From Eledone cirrhosa (lineage: Eukaryota), in NCBI GenBank assembly GCA_964016885.1, contig OZ024743.1, positions 237,956,001 through 238,020,000 of the forward strand: a stretch of 64,000 bases of DNA. Direction: 5' to 3'. Positions within the stretch are counted from its first letter, which is position 1; every line of letters starts with the position of its first letter. The position numbers and the translations under genes are program-made. Below, piece after piece: positions 38,101-52,345 of this stretch. Below the pieces are notes generated by a model. It was not told the DNA's origin. It did not search any database and was given only the letters and a program-made list of their open reading frames with translations.

Positions 38101-40764
38101 AACGGACCCCAAATAAAAAATGGATCCCCCAAATAAAAAACGGATCCCCCCAAATAAAAAACGGACCCCCCAAATAAGAAATGTATCCCCCAAATAAAAA
38201 ACAGACCTCCAAATAAAAAACGGATCCCCCCAAATAAGAAACGGACCTCCCCCCAAATAAAAAACGGGCCCCCAAATTAAAAGTGCATGCCCCCACAAAA
38301 AACCGGACCCCAAATAAAAAACGGACCCCCCCGAAATAAGAAAACGGACCTCCAAAAAAAAAACAAAAAAAAAACGTACCCCCAAATAAAAAACGGATCG
38401 CCCCCAAATAAAAAGCTGACCCCCGAATAAAAAACGGACCTCCCAAATAAAAAACGGACTTCCAAATAAAAAATGCCCCCCAATTTAAAACGGACCGCCC
38501 AAATAAAAAATGACCCCCCAAAATAAAAAACCGATTCCCCCAAATATTAAACGGAGCCCTCCCAAATAAGAAATGGATCCTCCAAATAGAAAATGGATCC
38601 ACCCAAATAAAAAACGGATCCCGCCCAAATAAAAAACGGACCTCCAAATAAAAACGGACTCCCACTCCAAATAAAAAATGGATTCCCCCGAATAAAAAAT
38701 GGAATCCCACCAAATAAAAAACGGAACCCCAAATAAAAACGTACCTCCCCCCAAATATAAAACGGGCACCCCAATTAAAAATGGACCCCGCCCCCAAAAT
38801 AGCGAATCCAAATAAAAAATGGATCACCCCCAAATAAAAAACGGACCCCCCAATAAAGAACGGCCCCCCCCAAATAAAAAACGGATCCCCCCAAATATTA
38901 AACCGACACCAAAATAAGAAATGGATCCTCCAAATAGAAAATTGTATCCACCCAAATATAAAAAACGAATCCCGCCCAAATAAAAAACGGACCTCCAAAT
39001 AAAAAACGGACCTCCAAATAAAAAACGGACACCCCCCAAATAAAAAACGGCCCACTTCAAATATTAAACGCCCCTCCAATAAGAAATGGATCCACCAAAT
39101 AAAAAATGGGTCCCCCCAAATAAAAAATGGATCAGACCATATAAAAAAGAGACCTTACCAATAAAAAAACGGAACCCGAATAAAATAGGACCCCCAAATA
39201 AAAAACGTATACCCCAATAAAAAACGGATTCCCCCAAATAAAAACAGACCTCCCACCCAAATATAAAACAGCGCCCCCCCCCCAATTAAAAATGGACCCC
39301 GCAAAACATAAATAAAAAACGGACCCCCCAATAAAAAACGGACCCCTAATTAAATAACGGATCCCCCCCAAATAAAAAACGAATACCGAAATAAAAAATG
39401 GATTCCCCGAAATAAAAAACGGACCCCCAAATATTAAACGGACACACCCAAATAAGAAATGGATCCCCAAATAAAAACGGATTCACCCAAATAAAAAACG
39501 GAACTAAATAAGAAATTGAGCCCCAAAAATAAAATACGGACCCCCCCCCCAAAAAAAAAAAGAAATGGGTCCCCAAAATAAAGAACGTATCCCTCCAAAT
39601 AAAAAACGGAACTCCCCCAAATAAAAAACGGGCCCCCCAATCAAAAATTGTTCCTCCCCCCCAAAACGGACCCCCAAATAAAAAACGGATCGCCCCCAAA
39701 TAAAAAGCGGAGCCCCAAATAAAAAACGGACCTCCCAAATAAAAGACGGACCTCCAAATTAAAAACGGACCCCCCCAAATAAAAAACGGACCCCCAAATA
39801 AAAAATAACCTCGAAAAATAAAAAATGGGTCCCCCCAAGAATTAAACCGAGCCCCCAAAATAAAAAATGGATCCTCCCAATAAAAAATGAATCCCCCAAA
39901 TAAAAAATGGATCCCACCAAATAAAAAAAGGACCTCACCAATTATAAACGGTTCCCCCCAAATAAAAAACGGACCCCCAAATAAAAAACGGATCCCACCC
40001 AATAAAAAACGGATCTCCCCAAATAAAAACGGTCCTCCCCCCCCCAAATATAAAACGGGCCGCCCAATTAAAAATGGACCCCCACCCAAAATAAAATACG
40101 GACCCCAAATAAAAAATGGATCGCCTCTAAATAAAAAATGGATCCTCCCAATAAAAAATGAATCCCCCCAAATAAAAAATGGATCCCACCAAATAAAAAA
40201 CGGACCTCACCAATTATAAACGGAACCCGAATAAAAAACGGTTCCCCCCAAATAAAAAACGGACCCCCAAATAAAAAACGGATCCCACCCAATAAAAAAC
40301 GGATCTCCCCAAATAAAAACGGTCCTCCCCCCCAAATATAAAACGGGCCGCCCAATTAAAAATGGACCCCCACCCAAAATAAAATACGGACCCCAAATAA
40401 AAAATGGATCGCCCCTAAATAAAAAATGGACCGCCAAATAAAAAACGGATACCCCCTATAAAAAACGGACCCTCCCAAATAAAAAATTGACACCCAAAAA
40501 TAAAAAAACTGATTCCTCCAAATATTAAACGGACCCCCAAAAATAAAACGGATCCCCCCAAATAAAAAACGTACCCCTAATAAAAAAACGGAACCCCAAA
40601 TAAAAACGGATCCCCCCAAAATAAATAACGGACCCCCAAATAAATAACGGACCCCCAAATAAAAAAACGCACTCCCCAATAAAAAATGGATCCCCCCCAA
40701 ATAAAAACTGATCTCCCCAAATAAAAAACGGATCCACCCAAATAAAAAACAGACCCGCCCTCAA
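20131..40764. repeat. Satellite array of about 20.6 kb; ~20-21-bp monomer, consensus approximately CCAAATAAAAAACGGATCCC(C)
   Basis: Roughly a thousand diverged monomers, uninterrupted and in one orientation; plus strand A/C-rich. Confidence 0.97.
21548..29922. repeat. Higher-order tandem duplication of about 4.18 kb within the satellite
   Basis: Identical ORF-track translations offset by 4182 (22843/27025, 24004/28186); offset 4180 at the left edge (21551/25731). Confidence 0.9.
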
Positions 40765-40775
40765 AGACAAAACTG

Positions 40776-41130
40776 ATTATTGTGGGTAAATGGTGGGTAA
40801 AATAATTATTGTGGGTAAAGCGGTAGCTAAAATAATTATTGTGGGTAATGTGGTAGGTAAAGTGAAGGGTGAAATCAAGAAAGGGAGATAGAGGGTAGGA
40901 AGTGGAGTAAAGGGGGTTAGGGAAAGAATGGGTTGGAAGAGGCAGAAGTGGAAGAAGGGGAAGAGAAACATCAAGGGAAGGAACGATGGAAAAGAGGAGG
41001 GAAGACAGCAAGTTAAAGAAATAGGGAAAGAGAGGCTAAAAAATGGGGAAAATTAGGGAAGAGGGGTAAAGAGGGAAACGAAGTGTGAAAGTGTGGGAAA
41101 GAGGTGGAAAAGGGTGTAATGAGGGAGAAT
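40776..41130. repeat. Three copies of a 30-bp ATTATTGTGGGTAA unit, then a purine-rich G/A tract
   Basis: ATTATTGTGGGTAA at 40776, 40805 and 40835; GA-rich low-complexity sequence to about 41130. Confidence 0.7.
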
Positions 41131-41177
41131 CAACACCACGAGGTTAACCACTAGACAATAAGGTCACGTAAAGTGAT

Positions 41178-41610
41178 ATGTGTTTCTTTCACAAGAAATT
41201 TGAAGCAAAAGATACCAAGACACCATGTAACTTCAATAGTTCTTCATCATCGACTCCGGGAGAAACTCTAGGACCAACCACCAATAAACACCCTGGTGGT
41301 CAGCAAACATGATCAACTGTCCTGTATGTCTACGATCAAATCTCCAGTCAGATTCTTAATCGACACAGAAGTAGAAGTCAGTGTCATTCCAGCATCTGCA
41401 AACGACCTCCGTTATAGAGAGGGGAGTCAGTGGCAGCTGCCAATGATTCTACAATCAAAGCTTACAGATACCGTACTCTCTCCCTCCACAGAGGCTCACA
41501 GTAATATACATGGACATTCACCGTCGTTGATGCCCATCAGCCTATCATTGGAGCAGACTTCTTTCGGGCTCACTCACTGCTGGACGATAATCAGGGTAGA
41601 CGACTCGTAT
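41178..41610 (+). mobile_element. Ty3/Gypsy fragment (gag Cys-His end and protease)
   Basis: CFFHKKF..PC; FLIDTEVEVSVIP; WTFTVVDAHQPIIGADF; frameshifted. Confidence 0.75.
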
Positions 41611-41614
41611 ATTT

Positions 41615-41975
41615 AATTATTGTTGATTTCAATAACCTCTGTAATTTATTTACATTATTCTTAACTCTGAAGTCGAGAATCATTCGGTTTCCTAAATAGA
41701 ATATTAGTCTACGACTTCATTTATACCATAAACCTGGTTTTATCTTTGCGTGTAATTGTTCTCCACGCTCCACACGACGTATTATCTTCGCTTTTTTCCG
41801 TTCATTGCCAGGGAACGTCTTCACGAACCAAAATATAGTCTTCCTGTTTTCCTTCGGTTGCAATGTTTTTCGAAATATTTACTTCTGCGTTCACAGATTG
41901 ATTTTTTAGTTTCAAAAGATCCCGTTAAGGGTGAAAGCAGCGATTCTTTGCTTAAACTTTAATCTGTTATTTTAA
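41615..41975 (+). mobile_element. Solo pseudo-LTR of the PLE family at 58983-61610
   Basis: Reverse-complement match to about 58983-59490. Confidence 0.8.
41908..41958 (+). ncRNA. Hammerhead-like motif, CA(G/A)AAGA/CUU variant (sister copy at 59002-59052, minus)
   Basis: AGTTT-CAAAAGA-T CCC gttaa GGG T-GAA-AGCA gcgattctt TGCT-T-AAACT; the 59-kb copy reads CAGAAGA but GATA in place of GAAA. Confidence 0.6.
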
Positions 41976-41978
41976 TAT

Positions 41979-43992
<2,014 letters not shown>

Positions 43993-44231
43993 CCACCTGT
44001 GACCCATGGGTCATGTTCACTTAAAAATAATTTTTAAATAATTAAAATATACACAAAATGTATATAATGTAAAATGTCATTGGAAAGCCAATATGTATAT
44101 ACGTGTATATGTGTGTGTGTATATGTACGTGTATATATATATATATATATATATGTGTGTTTGTGTGTGTGGGTGTCTGTGGCCTATATACACTGGTTAC
44201 AGACACACACACATACATCCTGTCCTAACAC

Positions 44232-47200
44232 TTCGTTCAAAAGAATGCTTTGAACGCAACATTCTTAGTTGACTGGGTATCTTTCAGAAACACTCTGACA
44301 TTTTCTTTTCGTTTTCCGCGGCTAAGGGCTACATACATTGACCGTGTTGGAATACAGGTCGTTCCAAATAAACCAAGACGTTCTCCATAGTTTGTCCTTG
44401 TGCTTTATGAATAGTCAGGGCGAAGCACGATTGAACTGGGAATTGGCTTCGCTGCAAAGGGATATCCTCACCTTCGGATAGATTAATTCTTATTCTAGGT
44501 ATCATAACGATCTCATTTCTGAAAGCAGCAGTGTTGATTCTTGCTACTATGAGATTGTCGTGCAGTTCTTCCACGATCATGCGCGTTCCATTACAAAGCC
44601 TTGGAGGATTCAAGTTTCTCATAAGAATTATTGGCGATCCTTTTTTCAATTCCAGGTTATGTGGTGGCAGTCCTGATAGTTCAACCGAATCAAGGAATTC
44701 AGTTGGGAAATGAGTGGCATTGGTACCATCACTCACAGAAATATAGGATCGGTACTCTTTTATGGTTCCAGGGAAGCGTCTGATACAGGTGGAATTGATG
44801 CTTCTCATCATTTCATTGAGAGGTACTAAGATGCAATTGTTCTTAAACACTTCAGCTGGATTGTCGTGATGCAGAAGGAGTCTTAAATAATACAGGTCAC
44901 CACTTCGTGGAGAAACAGTGTATACTCGTCCCAAAACGTTCGCCTAAAAAATCCCTTGATACTGCTCAACTGTTTTCTCCACCTTTCTCTTTTCCCATCT
45001 CTTGTTACTCCAAGTGTAAAACTTTTGCACATCGGCATAATACAATGTTTTTGCAAACGGATCGCGATCGCAAAGATCCATGAACTCAGCCAGAGTCGTC
45101 TTAGCCATGTTATTGTTTACTTTAACAACAGCATTGATCCGAAAGAAGATTTGATTTTCCTCAGGTAGATGAACTTGAAGGCGAACTACGGCCGGTTCTC
45201 TCTCATGAATTGGAAATCCAATTACCAAGGCAACAGCTTCTGAAGGACCGGTATATATTCCTGTTAAATACTGTATTATCTCATCTTCCCTGTTCACTCC
45301 AAACATTGCGTGATCACTGCCCTTCATGGTATATTTAATAACGTATTTGATCGATTTCACGGAAGAGCACATCTCTACGTTTAGGTAGCAGTTGAACAGT
45401 TTTAATAGTTTCATATTGTAGGGAACCACCCATTCCGAAGTTATATTTCGGCTTCCCCTTCCTTCTTGGTGCCCCTCAAATCCTCCCATTCCTGAAGACC
45501 GTCTTCTGTACATAGGATAAGAGTCCTCTCCACACAATGTATATTCATTGAAAGACTTAGGGTACCGCTTACTGCACTTCCATCTTTCCAACACGGCGAA
45601 TTGTTAGAGCAATTCGGACCATGGATCATGTGCTTCAGCACCAATTTATGACCCTCTGGATCTTTGTTTGGATCTGGTATTTCGGCTTGAACAAATTTAT
45701 CGTATTCCTGCGGTCTGGGCTTGGAGGCTTCATTGAGCCATAGCAAACAGTGCACATGAGGAAGACCTCGCTTTTGATATTCGACTGTCAGCACGTAAGC
45801 AATACACTTACCAAATAGGCCATCTACTCCAGTAAGATACTTTCTTAACAGTTTCCGCTTCAGGTCAAATACTCTGGCAATTAAATCTGGCCTGTCATGT
45901 GGCTTCTGATTCAGGAATAGGTTTTACCGGATTTCGGGCCAGTTTGGATTGCATGTCATTGTGATGAAGAACGAAGGATTGCCGTACTTCCGTATGTACA
46001 TCATGGCATCCTGGCATCGCTCCATCATATATTTCGGTCCACAGACAAATGTGGAAGAGAGTATGATTCGCCTGCCAATATTGCGAAAATCGTCATCATC
46101 ATCCAATGCGTCAGTAAGGCCCTTGTATGTTGTAGATCGCAATGATGTTTGATTTATTCGGATGTATTGCATTCTATCTTCTTCAATCTTCGCAGCCATG
46201 TCAACCAAATATTGCTGAAATAAACGACCGCCTCTGAGAAGCTGGTTGAATTTATTCTCATGGTTCATTATTCGATAGGCATAGTAGCGCATTGGCGTCA
46301 ACTTCTTGTTGTTGCTCATTAACAGCTCATGATGCCATCCGTCATCGCCAAAAGGAAAAACATAGAACATACTGCAAACTGTCCTAGGACCGATGGGACT
46401 CTGAGATTATTTGCAATTGTCCGCCTTTTTCTTTCAACACGATGTGCCGTGCTTTTGCTTGAAGTTCGGTGCTGTTTTGTATAATAACGGCAACTTCGTT
46501 TGCAGTTTGTGCATTGAATCTTCTCTCATGTTCCATTGTTTGTCTCCTATCAGGATCAATAATAATCGAAGCTTCGGGAATATTTTTAATTTGTTCTTTT
46601 GCCATTCGAAATGAAGCAACGTAAGGGTTATATTCTCTGAGTATTATTTCCAATAATTCAACTATGTCGCGCTGAATGCCATCGTTATGGAGTATCCTGA
46701 TCCTCAAATCAACACTATCCTGAGGATCCAAGAAGTAAATTTGAAGAAATTGGGGTTGTTCGTTGGGATTAGGGGTTAATGAACCGATGTAATGGTGAAT
46801 TTGACAATGAATAACGATAGAAGGATTCCATCCACTCCTTGAGGGACGAACTTCTTCGGCCCCCAAAAATGTCATTGGGAACAGGCAGTTGTATTGTCTG
46901 AGGTTCTTCCTGAACTCGTTTGACCTAGGTTGATCAGTACTAAATAAACTGTGAAGTTCCTTGGGTAAAGGCTGCAGATTCCCCAACCTGACTTTTCCAT
47001 TCATACAGCAAAAGTTAGCAGTTTCACCATGAAAAAGCATTGCATGACAACAGACACAGATCTTATTAATCTGTCCAACATCAGCAGAGAGGTCACGTCG
47101 TTGAACTGTCCTTGCTCTATCCCTAATGGTTTGTAGGCAAAGACGTTCAGTTCTCCGAACGTCCGATTCATGATCTCTCCTTCTTCTGTCTCTTTCCCTC

Positions 47201-47589
47201 TATTCCACCTGACGCTCAGCTCTCCGACCATCCGATTCATGATCTCTCCTTCTTCTGTCTCTTTCCCTCTGTTCCGCCTGACGCTCAGCTCTCCGACCAT
47301 CTGATTCATAATCTCTCCTAGTTCTGTCTCTTTCCCTCTGTTCCGCCAGACGCGCAACTCTCCTACCATCTGATTCATGATTTCTCCTGCTTCTGTCTCT
47401 TTCCCTCTGTTCCGCCAGACGCGCAGCCCTTGCTTTATAGGTCTCATCGATCCTTCTATTTGCATGCCTGTCCCGATCTTGTTGGCGTTGACCACTGTCT
47501 TGCTCACCTTCTTCGGCTCTCCTTAGCCGTGCTTTCTTTCCAATATCGATAGACCAACCAGATGTTTTCTTTCTTCTTCGTCGAGGCAT
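44232..47589 (-). pseudogene. Helitron Rep/PIF1-helicase (RepHel) pseudogene
   Basis: CCMNGKV; Rep motifs FFITMTCNPNWPEI, EYQKRGLPHVHCLL, KYVIKYTMKG; helicase C-terminal GLPPHNLELKKG, LCNGTR, FALTIHKAQGQT, VFQHGQ. Stops and frameshifts; helicase N-terminal half absent. Confidence 0.93.
47150..47425 (-). repeat. 69-bp coding tandem repeat, 4 copies (23-aa Arg/Glu-rich unit) in the RepHel N-terminus
   Basis: GATTCA at 47165, 47234, 47303 and 47372; unit RAERQAEQRERDRRRRDHESDGR. Confidence 0.9.
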
Positions 47590-48255
47590 TATTTAAGAAT
47601 AGAAAATCGTATTCACCTTAGAAAAAATTCCTATTGCCTCAAGAAATATTTTTTTTAAATCATCATTTAGAAATATTTCTAAATAATGAAAATAATGTCT
47701 GTTTAAACACTCGTATTTTTCAAATCATATTCACTTAAAAAATACTTATTAATAATTAAAATATTCTGTTTAAAGAAAGCTGAAATATATATACTCAGTG
47801 TACAAATAATCTGTATTTTTTAAGTCATTTTTACTTTAAAATATTTTTAAATATGCCAAGAAATATTTTTTCCATCGTATTCACTTGAAAATAATAAAAA
47901 AAAATGAAGATATGTAAATAAAGCTATTTGTGAAATCAAATTCACTTTAAAATATTTCTAAATAATTGAAATATTCTTTTTAACAAAAGCGAAAATATAA
48001 ACACCTACTGTTTAAAACCATATTCACTGAGAAATCACTGAAAAATCTTTTTTTAATAATTATTAACAATATTTCTCGAATGATGAAAATAGTTTATATC
48101 GATTTACGTCAAACTTGTTTTATCCCAATTTCAGGGTTATATCACTTATTTTTCCATTATGCACCGTCTTGGCTATTTACGAAGGTATCCTACACACACA
48201 CACACAAATATATATATATGTCTCTAACTTAAGTAGTTACACACACACACACATG

Positions 48256-48291
<36 letters not shown>

Positions 48292-48300
48292 CAGGAAAAT

Positions 48301-48580
48301 ATTAGCACCGATCGTTCGTTTTTGCCGTTCTTCTGCTACTCTAGGCTTTGCCTCGCTTACATTGGCACTAGCCGTTTGTTCTTGGCGTCCTTCTGCTACA
48401 CTAGGCTCTTCCTTGCTTGCATTAGTATCGGCTGTTCCTTCTCGCCATCCTTCTGCTATATTAAGACCTACCTAGCTTGCATTAGCACCGACCGTTCGTT
48501 CTTATCGTCCTTCTGCTACGCTAGGCTCTGCCTCGCTTACATTGGCACTGGCCGTTTGTTCTCGCCATCCTTCTGCTATA
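48301..48580. repeat. 60-bp minisatellite, about 4.7 copies
   Basis: Units start ATT(A/G)G at 48301, 48361, 48421, 48481 and 48541, each containing CTTCTGCTA. Confidence 0.9.
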
Positions 48581-49245
48581 TTTCGAGGATAAAATTACTG
48601 AAAAATAACAAAGAATTTAATATTTAGTCAATCATAGAACAAGAAAGTAGCATTGGAAAAGATTACAAATGCTATAAATGAGTGGAAAAAGAGGGAAAGC
48701 AAGGATTATCAGGCAACGAAAGAAAAGGGGAGGGGAGAGGGTGATAGACAATACACCTAAGTCAGAGCGGCGTTTCAGCTGTGGGCCGCGGACAAAATGG
48801 CAAAGAAATTGAAATCTGTCTTCAGCTCCTCCTTGAATTCATCTCCCCTCTCTTGTGATGCTAATACGTAAAGAGAATTCACTTAAGCCTAGAAAAGTTA
48901 CTGAAACATTTTTTTAATTGTTTCCCATGCAGGTTGAAACAAATATTAATTGAAGTATTGTCTTTTAGTAACTGAATATTTATTTTTGAGACATCTCTCT
49001 TGCTATTTTCCAGGGTAATACGTTCAACATTGTCCACCAGGCTCACTAATTCTTAATGTCCTGTAACACTAAGTGGCAAAATATTCTTGAAAAGTACAAG
49101 AGGCAATTAACTCTCTACTGTAAGAGGGATAATATATGTAATATATTAATAGCTATGCACACAGAACATTATTTTTAGCATATTTGACTGCATCACGTTA
49201 ATTAATGTCTTTAGTCTAATATAATACGTTTTCACAACAATTTAC

Positions 49246-49443
49246 CTACTAATAAAAATACTATAAACATTTGAATTAACAAACCTATGTTAAGATATTT
49301 TCTGCTAAATCATTACATGATGTTAAGAATTGATATTGCAAATTTTTACAACAATCTGTCCACTAGTAAAGATATTGAAAACGTTTGAATTAACAAACCC
49401 GTGTTTAGATATTTTCTATTAAATCATTGTAGGATGTTACGAG
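49246..49443. repeat. Imperfect direct repeat (unit about 80 bp, period about 115 bp)
   Basis: TTTGAATTAACAAACC..AGATATTTTCT..TAAATCATT..GATGTTA occurs twice. Confidence 0.7.
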
Positions 49444-49665
49444 TCAAGAAACATCTACACGGTGTTTCACAAAGGATACAAAAGGATATAATAAAGACAG
49501 CTCGGGACACATTTTGAAGTAAAGCTGTTCGTGTAAAACAAAATAAATTCTTTAGAATTATCATAGAATTGTTATTTTATGTTAAAAAGGAAAAGAAACC
49601 GTTAGAAAAATACTAATTACAAATTATCTTTTCATACCCCATGTCTTAAATATGATCTCTACTGG

Positions 49666-49812
49666 TAGGCGGCGTATTGTCAGAGTCATTAGAATGTCGG
49701 TTAGAATGCTTTGCTCTGACGTTTTGCTCCGTGAGTTCAAATCCCACAGAGGTCAACTTTGCTTTTCATCTATTTGAAGGCGGTAAAGTACCAGCCTTGT
49801 ACGGGGTCGATT
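49666..49812 (+). mobile_element. SINE family B, diverged
   Basis: GAGTTCAAATCCC..GAGGTCAACTTTGCTTTTCATC..TAAAGTACCAG. Confidence 0.7.
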
Positions 49813-50594
49813 CTTCCTTTGTATCTCTTTCTCTCTTTCACTATTCTTTTCTGGAAGAATTCATATCTAGAGACATATTGGGCTCTGCCAAATTTAAAAA
49901 AATGCTCCAAGAAACGCCGTATGTCAATATGGCGGCCCAGCGACTCCTTCGGGAGTTACCGGTCCATCCCATACCAACCTACTTGTAATTTAGAATTTTG
50001 AATGTGGTATCAGTAACACTGCAGTTTAGTTCATATCAACTTTGACAAATTCACGATGTCAAAGCAGACACTTTTGTGGACATGAATAACTATGCACATA
50101 AGCATGCTTAACAGTAGGTTTTGCTGTATTAGTCCCAGATATTATGTGAACATTTTAATCTATGCAATAAGAAATTTGAGACGTCTAGGAAGAGTCGACT
50201 GGCTATTCATTTTGTGATTTGCAGCTGATTGTTGTACTTGCTGGTGAGTTGATGGTCCTTTTCGTTTTTGTCTTTGCTCCATCCCCCTTTTTTTCTTTTA
50301 TTTTTCTTTCTCTCATCCTGGTTATGTGTTTTGATCCGTACATTATATTTCGATTTATTTAAAGTGTTGTGTCTATTAAAAAAAATATTTTGTAAAAATT
50401 ATGAATAATTTGTAATGTTTTTTATGCAGCATCAAAATATTGTTTCTCATTTAAGAAGTAAGTTTGTTAACTATTAACACCTAATTGTAGGTAGTGGGGT
50501 TTAGCTATTATACATTTTGTTGTTTACTGTATTTTATGTTGGTGGCCTGAAGTATACTAAAAGAAGATATTTGGTGGTATACTGGTATTGTCTA

Positions 50595-52345
50595 AAATTG
50601 TTGTAAAACAGAACCAACAGCTGTATCCGATGCATCAACCACAAGCGAAAGCTTTGCGCCGGAGATCGCGTGCGATGGAAGAGACGCTTTAGCAAGCTCA
50701 ATGTTTGCAGAGTTAAACACTTCCAATTGTGCCATAGTCAAAGTAATATATTCATTCCTCTTACGACGATTTCTTAATAGTTCAATAAGAGGCGACAGGA
50801 GTTCAGCACAGTGAGGAATAAAACGTCTATAAAAATTTAACAATCCGAGGAAATGGTGTAACTGACGAAGAGAAGGAGGAGGAAGGTCCTCAACAGCCTG
50901 TACTTTTTCAGGTAGAGGTCGAATACTCACTTTATCAATCATATGTCCGAGAGAAGATGAGCCAAAAACACATTTAGCAGAGTTAATACATAAACGGTAA
51001 TCCTGAAGGCGCTGGTAAAGCAGCTTTAAATAGTGAATATGTTCTTCAGCAGAAGAACTGGCAATCAGCAGAACGTCGATATACGCATAGACAAAGTCCA
51101 AACTACGAATGACCTCGTCTATAAATCGTTGAAAAGTGCTAGCAGCATTTCTGAGGCCAAATGGCATTGTCAAAAATTCAAAAGAGCCGAAAGGTGTTGT
51201 TATTGCTGTTTTCGGAATATCCACAGGGTTAACTGGGATCTGATGGTAAGCTCGTACACGATCGAGCTTAAAAAAATATTCGTGCTTCCTTGTAACGAAG
51301 ATAAAAAATCATGGAGGTGAGGAATAGGATATCTATCAGGAACAGTCATGGCGTTGTCTTCTAAAATCGCCCGTAGGTCTCCAATCTCCAGAGCCCTTGG
51401 GAACCATATGCAGCAAGGACTGGTGGATGGATGAATCATTCCCAGTTGGAGCATGTGATCAAACTCAGCTTTTGCCGCCTTGAGTCAGTCCGGAGATAAA
51501 GGACGAGGGCGAGAAAATACTGGAGCTCCGTTCGTAGAGATGAAATGCTTTATAGAGTGAGCAGGATTACTCACTTGGAAATTTAAGTTAGTAGGCGCCG
51601 GAAAAGAGTTTATGATATTCATCTCCTGTAGCAGCGATGAAAAATGTCAGGCTAACCGATGGAGCACTGGAATTTTTGCCATGAATTGAAAAGTTGGTAG
51701 TATTATCCAGGAGGCGTTGCTTACGAACGTCCACAAAAGCGAGTAGTGGTGGAGAAAATTTGCTCCCTGGATTGGATATGGCTGGTCAGCTATAATGAAT
51801 ATCCATTTAAAGTCGCGACGTAAATTATGATCCAAAGAAAGTGAGATCTGACTAAAAGTTTTGATAGGCGAATGATTCACCACCTGCAGGGTGATCTCTG
51901 AAAGAAGAGGGGTGTCCTTGAGGAATTTCGCAGGCCAAATACTGCAAGCACCACCATAATCCACTAGGAAAAGCTTGCTGGATAGAAAGTCTTCCACGAA
52001 AAATGCACGACTAGGGAGATATGTACTGGGGACAGCTGTCGTGCTCAGTGTCCCACGCTTGCGTTTCCCGGATTGATATAAAAACAGGGTTTAATGCATC
52101 TATGAGCTTTTTCCGCGAAACGTTCATGGTACCAGCAAATAGATGAAGAGGCAGGAGAAAAAGAACAGCGTCCCAGTGAGGAAGGATGACTGGACGATCG
52201 TCGTCGACGCTGGCGAGAACCCTCTGCCGCGCACCAACCTTTAACTTTCTTGGTTAATTCCAGGATGGCCTGTAACGCTGCTGAATTGAAGCTAGGAGTA
52301 GCTGTTGCCATTGTAGCAGGTGCTAAAGACGAGCGGTTCATATTT
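50595..52345 (-). mobile_element. Ty3/Gypsy fragment: gag end, protease, RT, RNase H N-terminus
   Basis: CWYHERF..AHRCIKPC; FLVDYGG; PDRYPIP; [23 protein letters not shown]; AYIDV (decayed YIDD); [13 protein letters not shown]; VDASDTAVG. Confidence 0.93.

Larger units (their letters stand above)
43993..48240 (-). mobile_element. Helitron, formerly autonomous, internally deleted
   Basis: RepHel pseudogene; 3' hairpin TGACCC-at-GGGTCA at 44000-44013; 5' region 48111-48180 similar to 43867-43940. The 5' boundary is approximate. Confidence 0.85.

Noticed and set aside
20131-40764. CRISPR-like or telomeric interpretation of the regular short repeat
   Set aside because: There are no unique spacers, cas genes or TTAGGG arrays; it is a contiguous diverged tandem repeat in a eukaryotic context.
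20293-40770. Many long F/G/Y/W-rich ORFs (up to 402 aa) on the minus strand
   Set aside because: They are translations of the stop-poor G/T-rich satellite strand, open in several frames at once and frameshifted between duplicated blocks.
48760-48870. Short GC-richer segment with ATGGCAAAG.. (24-codon ORF)
   Set aside because: Too short, no recognisable homology, and no clear splice signals.
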